From NCBI GenBank assembly GCA_963719515.1, contig CAVRCJ010000010.1, forward strand, positions 64,001 through 128,000: DNA of 64,000 bases, read 5' to 3'. Position 1 is the stretch's first letter; the number at the start of each line of letters is the position of its first letter. Origin of the DNA: an uncultured cyanobacterium. GTDB taxonomy: Bacteria; Cyanobacteriota; Cyanobacteriia; CAKZMO01. Made by a program: the position numbers and the translations under genes. Below are positions 48,922 to 58,024 of this stretch, in pieces. The notes under the pieces were generated by a model. The model did no database searches. It was not told where the DNA came from and saw only the letters and a list, made by a program, of their open reading frames with translations.

Positions 48922-49947
48922 ATGAGTGGATTGGGCGGTCTTAATAAAACCCCAAACGGCGTTGTTTTGGGCATGGTACAGATGCAGCTTCCCAACGTGG
49001 CCACCCCAGAGGACCTCTCTGCTCAAACCCAGCGCATCTGCGACATGGTGGCTAAGGCACGCCGCAACATGCCCACCCTAGACCTGGTGGTGTTTCCAGA
49101 ATACTCGCTGCACGGCCTGTCGATGGCCACCCAGCCCGAAATCATGTGCCGGCTTGATGGCCCCGAAGTAGAAGCATTTCGCCAAGCCTGTATCACTCAC
49201 CACATCTGGGGCTGCTTCTCCATCATGGAGTACAACCCTGACGGCAATCCCTACAACAGCGGCATTATTATTGATGACAAGGGCGAGCTGGCCCTCTACT
49301 ACCGCAAGCTGCACCCGTGGGTCCCCGTCGAACCTTGGGAGCCCGGCAACATCGGCATTCCCGTCTGCAGCGGCCCCAACGGCAGCAAAATCGCTCTCAT
49401 CATTTGTCACGACGGCATGTTCCCGGAGATGGCCCGCGAATGCGCCTATAAGGGGGCAGAAATTATGATTCGGACGGCGGGCTACACGGCTCCGATTCGC
49501 CACAGCTGGCGCGTCACCAATCAGGCCAACGCCTTCTGTAACTTGATGGTGACCGCGTCGGTGTGCATGTGCGGCAGCGACGGCACGTTTGACTCCATGG
49601 GTGAAGGCATGATCGTCAACTTCGACGGAGAGCCGCTAGTCCTGGGGAGCCACCGCCCCGACGAGATTATTACCGCCGAGGTCCGCCCCGATCTGGTGCG
49701 GGAAGCGCGCAAATACTGGTCAGTAGAAAACAATATCTACCAGTTTGGCCACCGGGGCTACACGGCGGTCAAAGGCGGCGCGCAAGACTGCCCCTACACC
49801 TACATGCAGGATATGGTGGCGGGCAACTATCGCCTCCCTTGGGAGGATGAGGTGGTGCATACCGACGGCACGTCCTGTGGTTTTGACGCGCCCACCCGGG
49901 AGTATCAGGGAGAGGGCTCTGATGCGGTCTTGAGCCAGGTCGAGTGA
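48922..49947 (+). CDS. amiF: Formamidase (nitrilase superfamily)
   Basis: MSGLGGLNK, VFPEYS, YRKLHPWVPVEPW, ICHDGMFPE (Glu-Lys-Cys triad); GAGGA RBS upstream of ATG 48922. Confidence 0.9.
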   Translation: MSGLGGLNKTPNGVVLGMVQMQLPNVATPEDLSAQTQRICDMVAKARRNMPTLDLVVFPEYSLHGLSMATQPEIMCRLDGPEVEAFRQACITHHIWGCFSIMEYNPDGNPYNSGIIIDDKGELALYYRKLHPWVPVEPWEPGNIGIPVCSGPNGSKIALIICHDGMFPEMARECAYKGAEIMIRTAGYTAPIRHSWRVTNQANAFCNLMVTASVCMCGSDGTFDSMGEGMIVNFDGEPLVLGSHRPDEIITAEVRPDLVREARKYWSVENNIYQFGHRGYTAVKGGAQDCPYTYMQDMVAGNYRLPWEDEVVHTDGTSCGFDAPTREYQGEGSDAVLSQVE

Positions 49948-49980
49948 GCCGCTTTGAGGCGGTAGTGCCACTCTGCTGCG

Positions 49981-51235
49981 TTAGCTGGAGACGCGAAACA
50001 GCAGCAGCTGGGTAAACTGGTCATCGCTAAAGTTATCGTCGCTGATCATCAACAGGCTACGGCTGCCGTCCGCCAAACGGGGCCCAAAGCTCATGCCCTC
50101 AATGTTATCTAGCGCAATGCCTAGCTCCGACAAATCCAGCGCCAGCCGTTTGCGAATGGGCTGAATTGAATTGACGGAAGCAGAAAACCGCTCAATGCCT
50201 GAGGTGTCGGTCGCCCCGCCCGTCGCGATTTGAAACAGTTTAATGCCGCTGCCCCCCAGCCCGAAGGATCGCTCTATGCTGAGGAAGTGACCGGGGTCTA
50301 GCGGCAGCAGCTCTACGAGGCCATTGTTAAATGCGCCAAACGGCTTTGGCTCAATGGGGTAGAGGTGCTCGGCGATCAAGAGCGTTTGATCTTCTCCCAC
50401 AAGATAATGCATCAGTCGCCCCTGAGCCGGTTCGTCTGGCGATTCCCCTTCGGGCATGTCCTGAACTAGGGGTTCCTCGATCGCCGCGAACACCCGAAAC
50501 GGCTCCATCAGCCCCGTCCCCAGCCGCTCGGTCACGATGGTGAGGGCCTCAAATCCCCGGTTGTCCTGCACGCCCTGGGACACGACCTCTTCATTGGGCT
50601 GCGGACTTGCGGTGCTGGTTTGCAGGACGGCCTGCTGCGGAATGTAGCGCTCTGGGATAGGCAGCTGCCCCACGCGCTGACCGCCGAGGTCAAACTCGTC
50701 GATGAACGGGGGAATGCGGTCCCGGCTGACGCCCTCGCTGGCGATGAACAGCGTGTCTCTGGGGGAGAGGGCGATCGCTTCTGGGTCGAGGCTGCCGGGG
50801 GGGAACGGCTCGCCGGTTTCGTCCTTTAAAAAGGTAACGGCTTCGATATCGAGGCGGGTGATGCTGGGCGTCTTCGGGCGAGATTTGCAGCTGCGCGGTG
50901 TAGAATCTGGCGGGCGATCGCTCGCTGCGGTCGTCGGAAAGCAAATAGAGGCGATCGCGCTCTCGGTCGTAGCTGAGGGCGGAGAGTCCGCGCACGGGGG
51001 TGCCGTCAAATTCTTCCGTTGAGGGCAGGCGGTATTCGTCCAAAAACTCGACAGAGACGGGTAGAAAGAGTCGGTCTTCGGCGCTGACCCGGGGGATGGC
51101 GCAGCCGGCGAGGGGGATGAGTAGGGCGAGGAGGCAGAGGGCTCGCCCGAGACGTCGGGTAACGGCCTCGAAGAGGCTCGACTTCGGCAGCCCGCGCTTC
51201 AGCTGCGGGCGAAGATGCTGATAAGACCTGACCAT
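49981..51235 (-). pseudogene. Esterase-like activity of phytase family lipoprotein, frameshifted near 50875 (or a sequencing error)
   Basis: Lipobox LAGC, GLSALSYD, LSDDR in ORF 50690-51316; LDPEAI, ASEG, NRGFEAL, LDNIEG, SDDNF in ORF 49981-51009. Confidence 0.8.
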
Positions 51236-51312
51236 TGCCAACCTCTCCGCACACCGGTGTTCAAGTCTCATATTATCTGCACTCCTTTGAGGTTGTGTGG
51301 CGATCGCCCGCT

Positions 51313-54300
51313 TCACTCCGCCCCATGAGGTTTCGCCAAGTTGCGGAAGCGGGTGTACTGCTGCTCAAACAGCAGCTTCACGGTGCCTACCGGGCCGTTG
51401 CGGTGTTTGGTGATAATTAGCTCGGCGATGCCGCGATCGGGGCTGTCAGGATTGTAGTACTCATCGCGGTATAGCATCAGGACTAAATCTGCATCCTGCT
51501 CGATAGATCCCGAGTTGTGAGAGACGATGCCGTCCGCCATCCAAGACGACGGCCCTGGAACCGTCAGGTCGTAGACGGTCTCTTGCCCAAGCGGCTCGAT
51601 CGAAACGACCTCATCCCAGAAAATGTCAGAGTTCACGACTTCTTCTAGGTCTGAGCTCTCTAGAATTTCGGCATAGCTAAGCACCGTTTCCCGAGTGGGT
51701 GCGAATTTGAAGTGGGATGAGCCGCCGTAAGACGTTCCTCTTGATGTGGCCATACGGCGATGAGAAATCCCTTGGACTTTCATCTCCTGCTTGACAATAT
51801 CAAAGACTTCAATGGGAAGCGTGTCTCTATTGGGATTTGGCTTGCCTCGGCGTAGAAGCTCAGCCCTGGCTGCTTCAGCAGGCTGTACTCGTGGTGGCAT
51901 ACGATTGGCTACGGCGAGGCGATCGCCCGCTTTAAGCTCCTGAACCTGTCGCCAGCCGTCAAACGTATAGAGGCGGTGCTTGCCGGTGGCTTTGATTTTT
52001 TTACCGCTTGCAGTAGTCAGAGCATAAACGGGCTTTTCGCCAACTTTCCAAATCAAATCGGCTTGAGCTTTCACGAGTCGCCCTTGTTCATTCATGCTGA
52101 CAACTTCAGGTGTTTGACCGACTAGCGCTGCAATAGGTAAACGTCTGCCGTCTGCCAGCCAAACCAACGTATCTTCCGTGACGCACTCCCTCAGGTCAGA
52201 CATCATCGGTCGCTTGTTCGTCCGCGACTCCACCCCTCGACTCAACTGCGACAGGGCAATAATCGGCACGCTCAGCTCCCGCGCCAGCGCCTTGAGCGAT
52301 CGCGTTACCTTAGAAAGCTCCTGCACCCGGTTATCGCTACCGGTGCCCTCCATCAGCTGCAGGTAATCGATCAGCACTAACCCTAAGGCTCCTCCCTGCT
52401 CCGCCTGCAGCCGCCGCGCTTTCGAGCGCATCTCGGTTACTGAAATACCTGCCGTATCATCAATAAAAATGGGGAGCTGAGACAGGGTATTGATGGCGTT
52501 ACCCAGCGGTCCCCACTCGTTTTGCCCCACTCGTCCGCCCCGCAGGCGACCGCTCTCAACTCGGGCCTCGCTGGAGAGCAGGCGGTAGACGAGCTGCTCT
52601 TTGGACATCTCTAGGCTGAAGACCGCTACCGGTAGCTTAGGCGTGGCTCCGGCGATGTTGCGGGCGATGTTGAGCACGAAGCTCGTGTTGTGGACACAGA
52701 TATCGTTGGCGACAAAGTTGTGGGTCTCTGGAATGGTTAAATCGTAAACTTGCTTGATGTCAACAGGCTCAATCGCGACAATTTTGTCCCAGTAAACGTC
52801 GCTGGTGGCAAGATGTTGGAGGTCTTGATTCTCTAAAGCAGTGGCCAGTGCGAAAAGGCGATCGCGGCTCAGCGCCCGCTTACCGACGTGAATATTGCTT
52901 GTTCCCTTTAGTCCGGCCTGGGTTGCGAGAGATTTCCAGGTCTGCTGGCCTTTGGCCTGCTGCAGCGTCTCCCAAATCTCGACGGGAATTAGGTCTCGAT
53001 TGGTTTGATAGCGCCGGTTACTCAGAGCCGCTTTAGCCTTCTCAAGGGCCTGCTCCTTGCCAAAAATCCCGATCTCGTCAATAAAAGTCTTAATCGAAAG
53101 CGCGTCTGTGATGTCGAGCTGGTAAGCAGGACGGCGATGGTCTTGGTACTTCACCGAACGGGTTTTGAGACGAGCAATGACCCCAAACCGCAGCAGCAGG
53201 TGCTGTACCTGTTGGGCCAATTTCTTACAAACCGTTGCAAACCCGAGCTGAACTTGACCACTCGCCAAAACGCTAGCCCAGCCATCGGTAGCAAAAAGGC
53301 GGTTTAAGAAGATTGCGAGCTGTGGCTTTGGTAGCTTAAATACGCAGGCTGGAACCCTCTTCTGATGGGCCGATTTTCCCCATAAGCCATGCTCCTGCAG
53401 CCACAGGGTTACGGAATTCTGACTGTCGGAGACCACAAAAAAGGACGGCGTTCTTGTGCCGCTAGAATCTTCCCGTCGGACCGTTACCCCAGGAAACTCT
53501 AAGGCTGAGTCCACAAACTCGCTTTGGATCGCTGGGTTCTCATTTGTGAATCCCGGTGATGTCCTCGTCAGTGAGCCGTCGCCGATGAAATAGCCCAGCA
53601 GCTTCACCTGGGATTCAGGCAACGTCTCGGTTCCAAAAATAGGTAGGCACCTCGGAACAGCAATTTTTTGCCCTGCCTGCAGGTCTTCTAAGGGTCGCCA
53701 TCCTTGAATAGTCAAAAACGGGTGAGACAGCGTGGTCTCGATAGTCCTTCCCGAGCTTGTCTCGACGCGAAAGACGCGCTTCAAGCCATCATCGACGTAA
53801 GCGCTTGGCTGGGTGAGCTTTAATCGCCAGTCGGTGTCTAAAGTCAGGAGAGAGGCGTTCTGCCCAACGTAAACTTCTTCAATCGTTTTAACGCTCCCGT
53901 CACCCACCACAATTTCAGCGTCAGCGCTGAGGCATTTACCCATGGAGGGACGCCCCGCCGCAATGATCAGATCTGATCGCTGGAATCCCTGGGTCATGGC
54001 GTCTAGGTCGTAAAAGCCAGAGGGAATCCCCGGCAGCACCAAACCCTCGGCCCGATTCTCAATGTCGGCAAAGGTGGAAATCAGAATTTCGGAGGTGGGA
54101 GAAAGCCCCTGGGTGGGCCGGTCTTGGGTGACGGCGAACAGCTGCTGCTCCGCCTGATCGACCACCGTCTCAAGGGTAGAGCGCGTGTCGTAGCCCATCT
54201 GGGCAATCTCATGGCCGGTTTGAATCAGCCGCCGCCGCAGGGCCTTATCGTTGACCAGCTGCGCGTACTGGTCGACGTTGACGGCGCTCACCGTGCGGTC

Positions 54301-54594
54301 CACCAGCTGAATGAGTCGCCCCTGTCCCCCTACCTTTTCTAGGGTGCCGTTGTCTCGAAGTGCGGTGGCAATGCGCATCAGATCCGTCGGCTGGCCTTGG
54401 GCAAACAGCGCTAGAGCCGCTCGGTAGATCTCTTGATGAGCGCCAATATAAAACGATTCGGGGCGCAGGGTATCGATAATGCGGCCCAGCGCCTCGGGGT
54501 CCAGCAAAATACCCCCCAGAATCGCCTCCTCCGCATCAATGTTTTGGGGAGGGAGGCGATCGCTGTAGGACTCAAAAACGGGCTCGCTGACCAT
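51313..54594 (-). CDS. dnaB: Replicative DNA helicase DnaB precursor with two inteins (mature protein ~453 aa)
   Basis: [55 protein letters not shown]. Confidence 0.97.
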   Translation of the reverse strand: MVSEPVFESYSDRLPPQNIDAEEAILGGILLDPEALGRIIDTLRPESFYIGAHQEIYRAALALFAQGQPTDLMRIATALRDNGTLEKVGGQGRLIQLVDRTVSAVNVDQYAQLVNDKALRRRLIQTGHEIAQMGYDTRSTLETVVDQAEQQLFAVTQDRPTQGLSPTSEILISTFADIENRAEGLVLPGIPSGFYDLDAMTQGFQRSDLIIAAGRPSMGKCLSADAEIVVGDGSVKTIEEVYVGQNASLLTLDTDWRLKLTQPSAYVDDGLKRVFRVETSSGRTIETTLSHPFLTIQGWRPLEDLQAGQKIAVPRCLPIFGTETLPESQVKLLGYFIGDGSLTRTSPGFTNENPAIQSEFVDSALEFPGVTVRREDSSGTRTPSFFVVSDSQNSVTLWLQEHGLWGKSAHQKRVPACVFKLPKPQLAIFLNRLFATDGWASVLASGQVQLGFATVCKKLAQQVQHLLLRFGVIARLKTRSVKYQDHRRPAYQLDITDALSIKTFIDEIGIFGKEQALEKAKAALSNRRYQTNRDLIPVEIWETLQQAKGQQTWKSLATQAGLKGTSNIHVGKRALSRDRLFALATALENQDLQHLATSDVYWDKIVAIEPVDIKQVYDLTIPETHNFVANDICVHNTSFVLNIARNIAGATPKLPVAVFSLEMSKEQLVYRLLSSEARVESGRLRGGRVGQNEWGPLGNAINTLSQLPIFIDDTAGISVTEMRSKARRLQAEQGGALGLVLIDYLQLMEGTGSDNRVQELSKVTRSLKALARELSVPIIALSQLSRGVESRTNKRPMMSDLRECVTEDTLVWLADGRRLPIAALVGQTPEVVSMNEQGRLVKAQADLIWKVGEKPVYALTTASGKKIKATGKHRLYTFDGWRQVQELKAGDRLAVANRMPPRVQPAEAARAELLRRGKPNPNRDTLPIEVFDIVKQEMKVQGISHRRMATSRGTSYGGSSHFKFAPTRETVLSYAEILESSDLEEVVNSDIFWDEVVSIEPLGQETVYDLTVPGPSSWMADGIVSHNSGSIEQDADLVLMLYRDEYYNPDSPDRGIAELIITKHRNGPVGTVKLLFEQQYTRFRNLAKPHGAE
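51514..52185 (-). mobile_element. Intein 2 (224 aa), endonuclease-free, at the SDLRE|SG site
   Basis: Starts CVTED and ends VSHN before S; block B TGKHRL; block F VYDLTVPG; no LAGLIDADG motif. Confidence 0.93.
52687..53934 (-). mobile_element. Intein 1 (416 aa) in the DnaB P-loop, with a LAGLIDADG homing endonuclease
   Basis: Starts CLSAD after GK and ends ICVHN before T; block [16 protein letters not shown] and [10 protein letters not shown]. Confidence 0.93.
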
Positions 54595-54631
54595 TAGCTC
54601 ACCGATAGTAGTGTTTTTGTACTACTAGCAA

Positions 54632-55090
54632 TTATAGAGCAGCTACGTGAATTTCCACCGTCGCCGTCACTTCAGGATGCAGCTTGATAGTGGCGTTGTA
54701 GAAGCCGAGCTTGTTGATATCCGGCACGGTAATCACGTGGCGATCGATTTCGCGGCTGGTGCTCTCTTGAATCGCGTCGGCGACCTCCCGGTCGGTGACG
54801 GTACCAAAGATAGCCTCGCCTTCGCCCACCTGCTTCTTCACCATGAACCGGCTCACGGTCTCCAGCGCCGTCTTAATCGTTTCGGCCTGGGCCTTCTCCT
54901 CAATCAGCCGCTGGCGCTCCTCTTCCCGACGGCGCTCTACCTGCTTCAAAATGCCGGGGGTGACGCGCACCGCTAAGCCTCTCGGCAGTAAAAAGTTACG
55001 GGCGTAACCTGGAGCTACCTCGACGAGATCGCCGTTTTGCCCCAGCTTGCGAACGTCCTCTCGAAGGACGATTTGAACACGTTGTGCCAT
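54632..55090 (-). CDS. rplI: 50S ribosomal protein L9
   Basis: [34 protein letters not shown]. Confidence 0.97.
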   Translation of the reverse strand: MAQRVQIVLREDVRKLGQNGDLVEVAPGYARNFLLPRGLAVRVTPGILKQVERRREEERQRLIEEKAQAETIKTALETVSRFMVKKQVGEGEAIFGTVTDREVADAIQESTSREIDRHVITVPDINKLGFYNATIKLHPEVTATVEIHVAAL

Positions 55091-55299
55091 CTGCTGAACC
55101 TATCTGCTAAATCTTTTGCGCTTGAGTCAGTCTACTATGTTATCCGATTCACGAAACCCTAGCCAGATCATCATCAAGCCTCTCTAAAGATATAGGAACG
55201 AATGCCCTAGGCGGCGATCGCGGACTGAGGGGCGATGGTTAAAGGCCGGTCCTCCGGGGGCCACCGCTCCTCAGATTATCTCAGTCGCCCACCGGAAGA

Positions 55300-55665
55300 C
55301 TAGGTGGCTGGCTGTGGTGCTTCGGAGGGGGGACTATAGCGCCGCCGCTCGGGCCGCCGGGTGCCGCCTGCCATCTCGTATTCTGAGCTCTTGCGGCCAT
55401 AGGCGGCGGCGATCGCGCTGAGCATTCTCTCGGACCGTTCAGCGACCCGCTTTTCGGTGGCTAGCATCTCGTTGTATACGTTGTCGACGTTGGACAGCAG
55501 CCGGTTGTAGGCGTTTTGCTGCAGCCGCATCTCGTTGATCTCGGTTCGAAAGGCGTCGAGGGTGAGGTCGTTGCCGAGGTCGAGATCGACGTCGATGGAT
55601 TCCATGCCGGCAATGCGGCGCTCGGCATTTTGCAGGGTGATGGAGGTGCGTTTGGCGCGTGCCAT
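55300..55665 (-). CDS. Hypothetical helical protein with basic N- and C-terminal arms
   Basis: RBS AGAGGA upstream; MARAKRTS...YGRKSSEYEMAGGTRRPERRR; resembles a recurrent cyanobacterial hypothetical family (from memory). Confidence 0.8.
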   Translation of the reverse strand: MARAKRTSITLQNAERRIAGMESIDVDLDLGNDLTLDAFRTEINEMRLQQNAYNRLLSNVDNVYNEMLATEKRVAERSERMLSAIAAAYGRKSSEYEMAGGTRRPERRRYSPPSEAPQPAT

Positions 55666-55942
55666 GGGGTCAATTCCTCTAAAGGTCTGTTGGGTGTTTG
55701 TGTGAGCCGAATGAATTGTTGGCTCAGGTTTAGAGTGGACCTGGCAGGGGCCAAACTCGCTGCTCGCAAAGGAATCGCTATGGAAGCTTAAAGCTATGGC
55801 ACAGAAGGCTTTAAGCGCGAGCGGTGATTTTATCCGGATGCTGTTGAACTGGGGGTTATGGCGGGCTGGCGGGCTCTCAGTTGGGTGATATTTACGGGAT
55901 AATGCGGATGGCGCGGTGGCTGCGATCGCTGTGAGGACTGGA

Positions 55943-56131
55943 GAGCAGCTTTGGAGAACGGCTGAGCTTGTTGGCAGAACTAATTAGCTGCTTGACAGAG
56001 TTGCTGAGCAACTCATTAGAACTGATAGGCTACTTGGCAGAACTGTTAAGCAGCTTGGCAGTTCTGATGGACCGCTGCTGCAAACTTGCAGCCTGCTGTG
56101 ATGACGGTATGAGAACCTATGGCCTACTGCT
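55943..56131. repeat. Degenerate 21-nt tandem array (6 clear units plus in-phase degenerate units)
   Basis: Units at 55943, 55964, 55985, 56006, 56027, 56048 and in phase at 56111; consensus about GAGCAGCTTGGCAGAACTGAT. Confidence 0.8.
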
Positions 56132-56225
56132 GGCCAGATTATTGAACGTTTTCGGCAAGCTGGTACTTTGGCCAATAGGCATCGTTGAGGTCCTAAGCTT
56201 TGCAGCGCTCAGGACCTCGGCGCGG

Positions 56226-56594
56226 TTAGCCGGTGGGCGCGTCAAATGCCCGTAGCCGCATTAGGTAGGCGAGCATTTGCCCTTGCTCTGGGGTGATGTG
56301 GATGCCGCTGGGGCCAATTTCGATGGGGCCGGTCCACTGGGGGTGCTCGACGTAGCGGAGCATGTGCAGCCGGTATATGGTTTCGCGGATGGCTTCGGGG
56401 GAGCCGACGATGATGTGGCGGATGATTTCGCCGCTGGGGCCAGGGTAGGAAATGGGTTTGTCGGGGCAGGTTTGGTTAGCAGGTTTTGGCGATGGGAATA
56501 ACGGCTTTTGCAAAACCTGCCCGTACGCGGGGGTAGCTTCGGTCAGCGGGTTCTGTGCGGCCTCGTGAGGTCGCTGAGAATGTTGAAATGTCAT
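56226..56594 (-). CDS. Hypothetical protein with a hairpin-rich leader (start probably ATG 56594)
   Basis: RHIIVGSPEAIRETIYRLHMLRY...W core; RBS-like AGAGAG upstream. Confidence 0.7.
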   Translation of the reverse strand: MTFQHSQRPHEAAQNPLTEATPAYGQVLQKPLFPSPKPANQTCPDKPISYPGPSGEIIRHIIVGSPEAIRETIYRLHMLRYVEHPQWTGPIEIGPSGIHITPEQGQMLAYLMRLRAFDAPTG

Positions 56595-56760
56595 GGGTTT
56601 TCTCTCTTTGTTTGGTAAGAAAACCCAAAAATTGGCCATCCCTTTTCTTGGGCGTCTGGGATGGCTGCAGCCGCTGAAATACAATGGCTACAGCCCGGAG
56701 ACAGCTCACATCTGTCTAAGGGTCAGGGTGCGATCGGTGCTGCTAACACCGGTCGTACCC
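56595..56760. promoter_or_regulatory. Multi-hairpin leader or antisense RNA region
   Basis: Stems 56595-603/56618-626, 56634-642/56658-666, 56663-673/56685-695, 56726-739/56747-760. Confidence 0.6.
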
Positions 56761-56895
56761 GTTTTGACCAAATTTTTGGGGTTGTTCGATCAAGCTGCTA
56801 TCGGTAAACAGCTTCTGAACAGGTAATCTACCGCATTTGGGGCACGGAAGCAAGGGCAGATTTTGTGTCAGCACATACCGGCAAACCAATTGTGC

Positions 56896-57036
56896 GTAGG
56901 GTGGGCACCGCCCACAAAACGTTTACACATGTGGGATAGACCAACGCGCGGGACGGGATACACGGCATGGACAATGTGGGGTGGGTGATAATTCGGTGGG
57001 CAATAAACAATATGTAGTGGGCATTGCCCACCCTAC
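56896..57036. repeat. Inverted pair of GTAG-type REP elements (REPIN-like)
   Basis: GTAGGGTGGGCACCGCCCAC at 56896-56915; reverse copy GTAGGGTGGGCAATGCCCAC at 57017-57036; partial copy GGTGGGCAAT near 56995. Confidence 0.85.
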
Positions 57037-57554
57037 GGGCATCGACATGCCCAATCGATTCGATAATGTCCGTTATTGACCCATTTTTGAAAACTGGAAT
57101 AGGGCCATTGATGCGGGCAATTCGCCCACCCATGCTTCACCGGGTTGTAGTGAATATAATTGAGGCAGCGGGCCAATTCTTCTTCTGTGCGGATGGTACG
57201 TTCCCAAAAGCGACGCTGCCACACATCGCTTTCGCGGTGCTTTCGCCGGGACTCAGAAATGTCATCAGGCTGAACATTCTTGCCCCTCAGCGACTGAGTG
57301 AATAAGACTTTGATGCGTCCGACTCGTTTTGAGTAGTTGCTGTCGCTATCGGGCAATGTCCAGACGAAATGAATGTGATCGGGCAAAACGACGGCGGCGA
57401 CGATATCGAATGGGTCTTCGGCTTTGATTTGGCTGACGGCTTGGCGGAGGCGAGTTACGTTGTCGGCATGCTTGAAGAGCGGAGCGCGCTGATGGGTAAC
57501 CCAGGTGAGGAAGACGGTGCTACCAGGAATGTAGAGGCGGCGGTAGTTGGGCAT
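57033..57554 (-). CDS. REP-associated tyrosine transposase (RAYT/TnpA-REP)
   Basis: MPNYRR, HUH motif LPDHIH, WQRRFWE, catalytic NYIHYNPVKHG, WPYSSF; adjacent REPs. Confidence 0.93.
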   Translation of the reverse strand: MPNYRRLYIPGSTVFLTWVTHQRAPLFKHADNVTRLRQAVSQIKAEDPFDIVAAVVLPDHIHFVWTLPDSDSNYSKRVGRIKVLFTQSLRGKNVQPDDISESRRKHRESDVWQRRFWERTIRTEEELARCLNYIHYNPVKHGWANCPHQWPYSSFQKWVNNGHYRIDWACRCP

Positions 57555-57661
57555 GCAGGTTATGAGAAACGCTCGACCTGCTTAAGGTGCCCTGACGCAA
57601 GCTCGCCCGACTAACTTTCCTTTTGCTAGATTGTGGGTACAGGAAGATACCGGCAATATCG

Positions 57662-57997
57662 ATGTCTATGGACAACATCCAGCTTGAAATTGAGGGCCAG
57701 GGCGCGATCGCGGCGGCAGAGGACCTGCTGCAGACCGAGGGCATCCAGGGGCAGCTTGAGCCTATGGACGATGAGCCCGAGCGGGATTTAGCGATGGTTA
57801 CCGCGATCGCCACTATCGTCAGCCTGGCGCTGAACGCTATCGAGCTGGCGGAGAAGATTCACGGCTGGTACCGGGCCTATCGCCAGCGCAAGGATGCTGA
57901 CAAACGAATCGAGAAGGTCCTGCTGATTGGCAAGGACGGGCAGCGTATTCTGTTGGCAGATGCTTCGGTGGAGCAGATTCGCCGCATTCTCGAATAG
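57662..57997 (+). CDS. Small EACC1-like (effector-associated constant component) protein
   Basis: ~110 aa; central hydrophobic hairpin AMVTAIATIVSLALNAI followed by KIHGWY and a beta-rich tail (VLLIGKDGQRILL...VEQIRRILE); immediately upstream of a CHAT protease gene. Confidence 0.6.
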   Translation: MSMDNIQLEIEGQGAIAAAEDLLQTEGIQGQLEPMDDEPERDLAMVTAIATIVSLALNAIELAEKIHGWYRAYRQRKDADKRIEKVLLIGKDGQRILLADASVEQIRRILE

Positions 57998-58024
57998 CCC
58001 TGACCTCTATCGTGCTGCGCCGCC

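Noticed and set aside
55943..56131. CRISPR array
   Set aside because: Units are contiguous and degenerate, with no constant repeat/unique spacer alternation, and there are no cas genes
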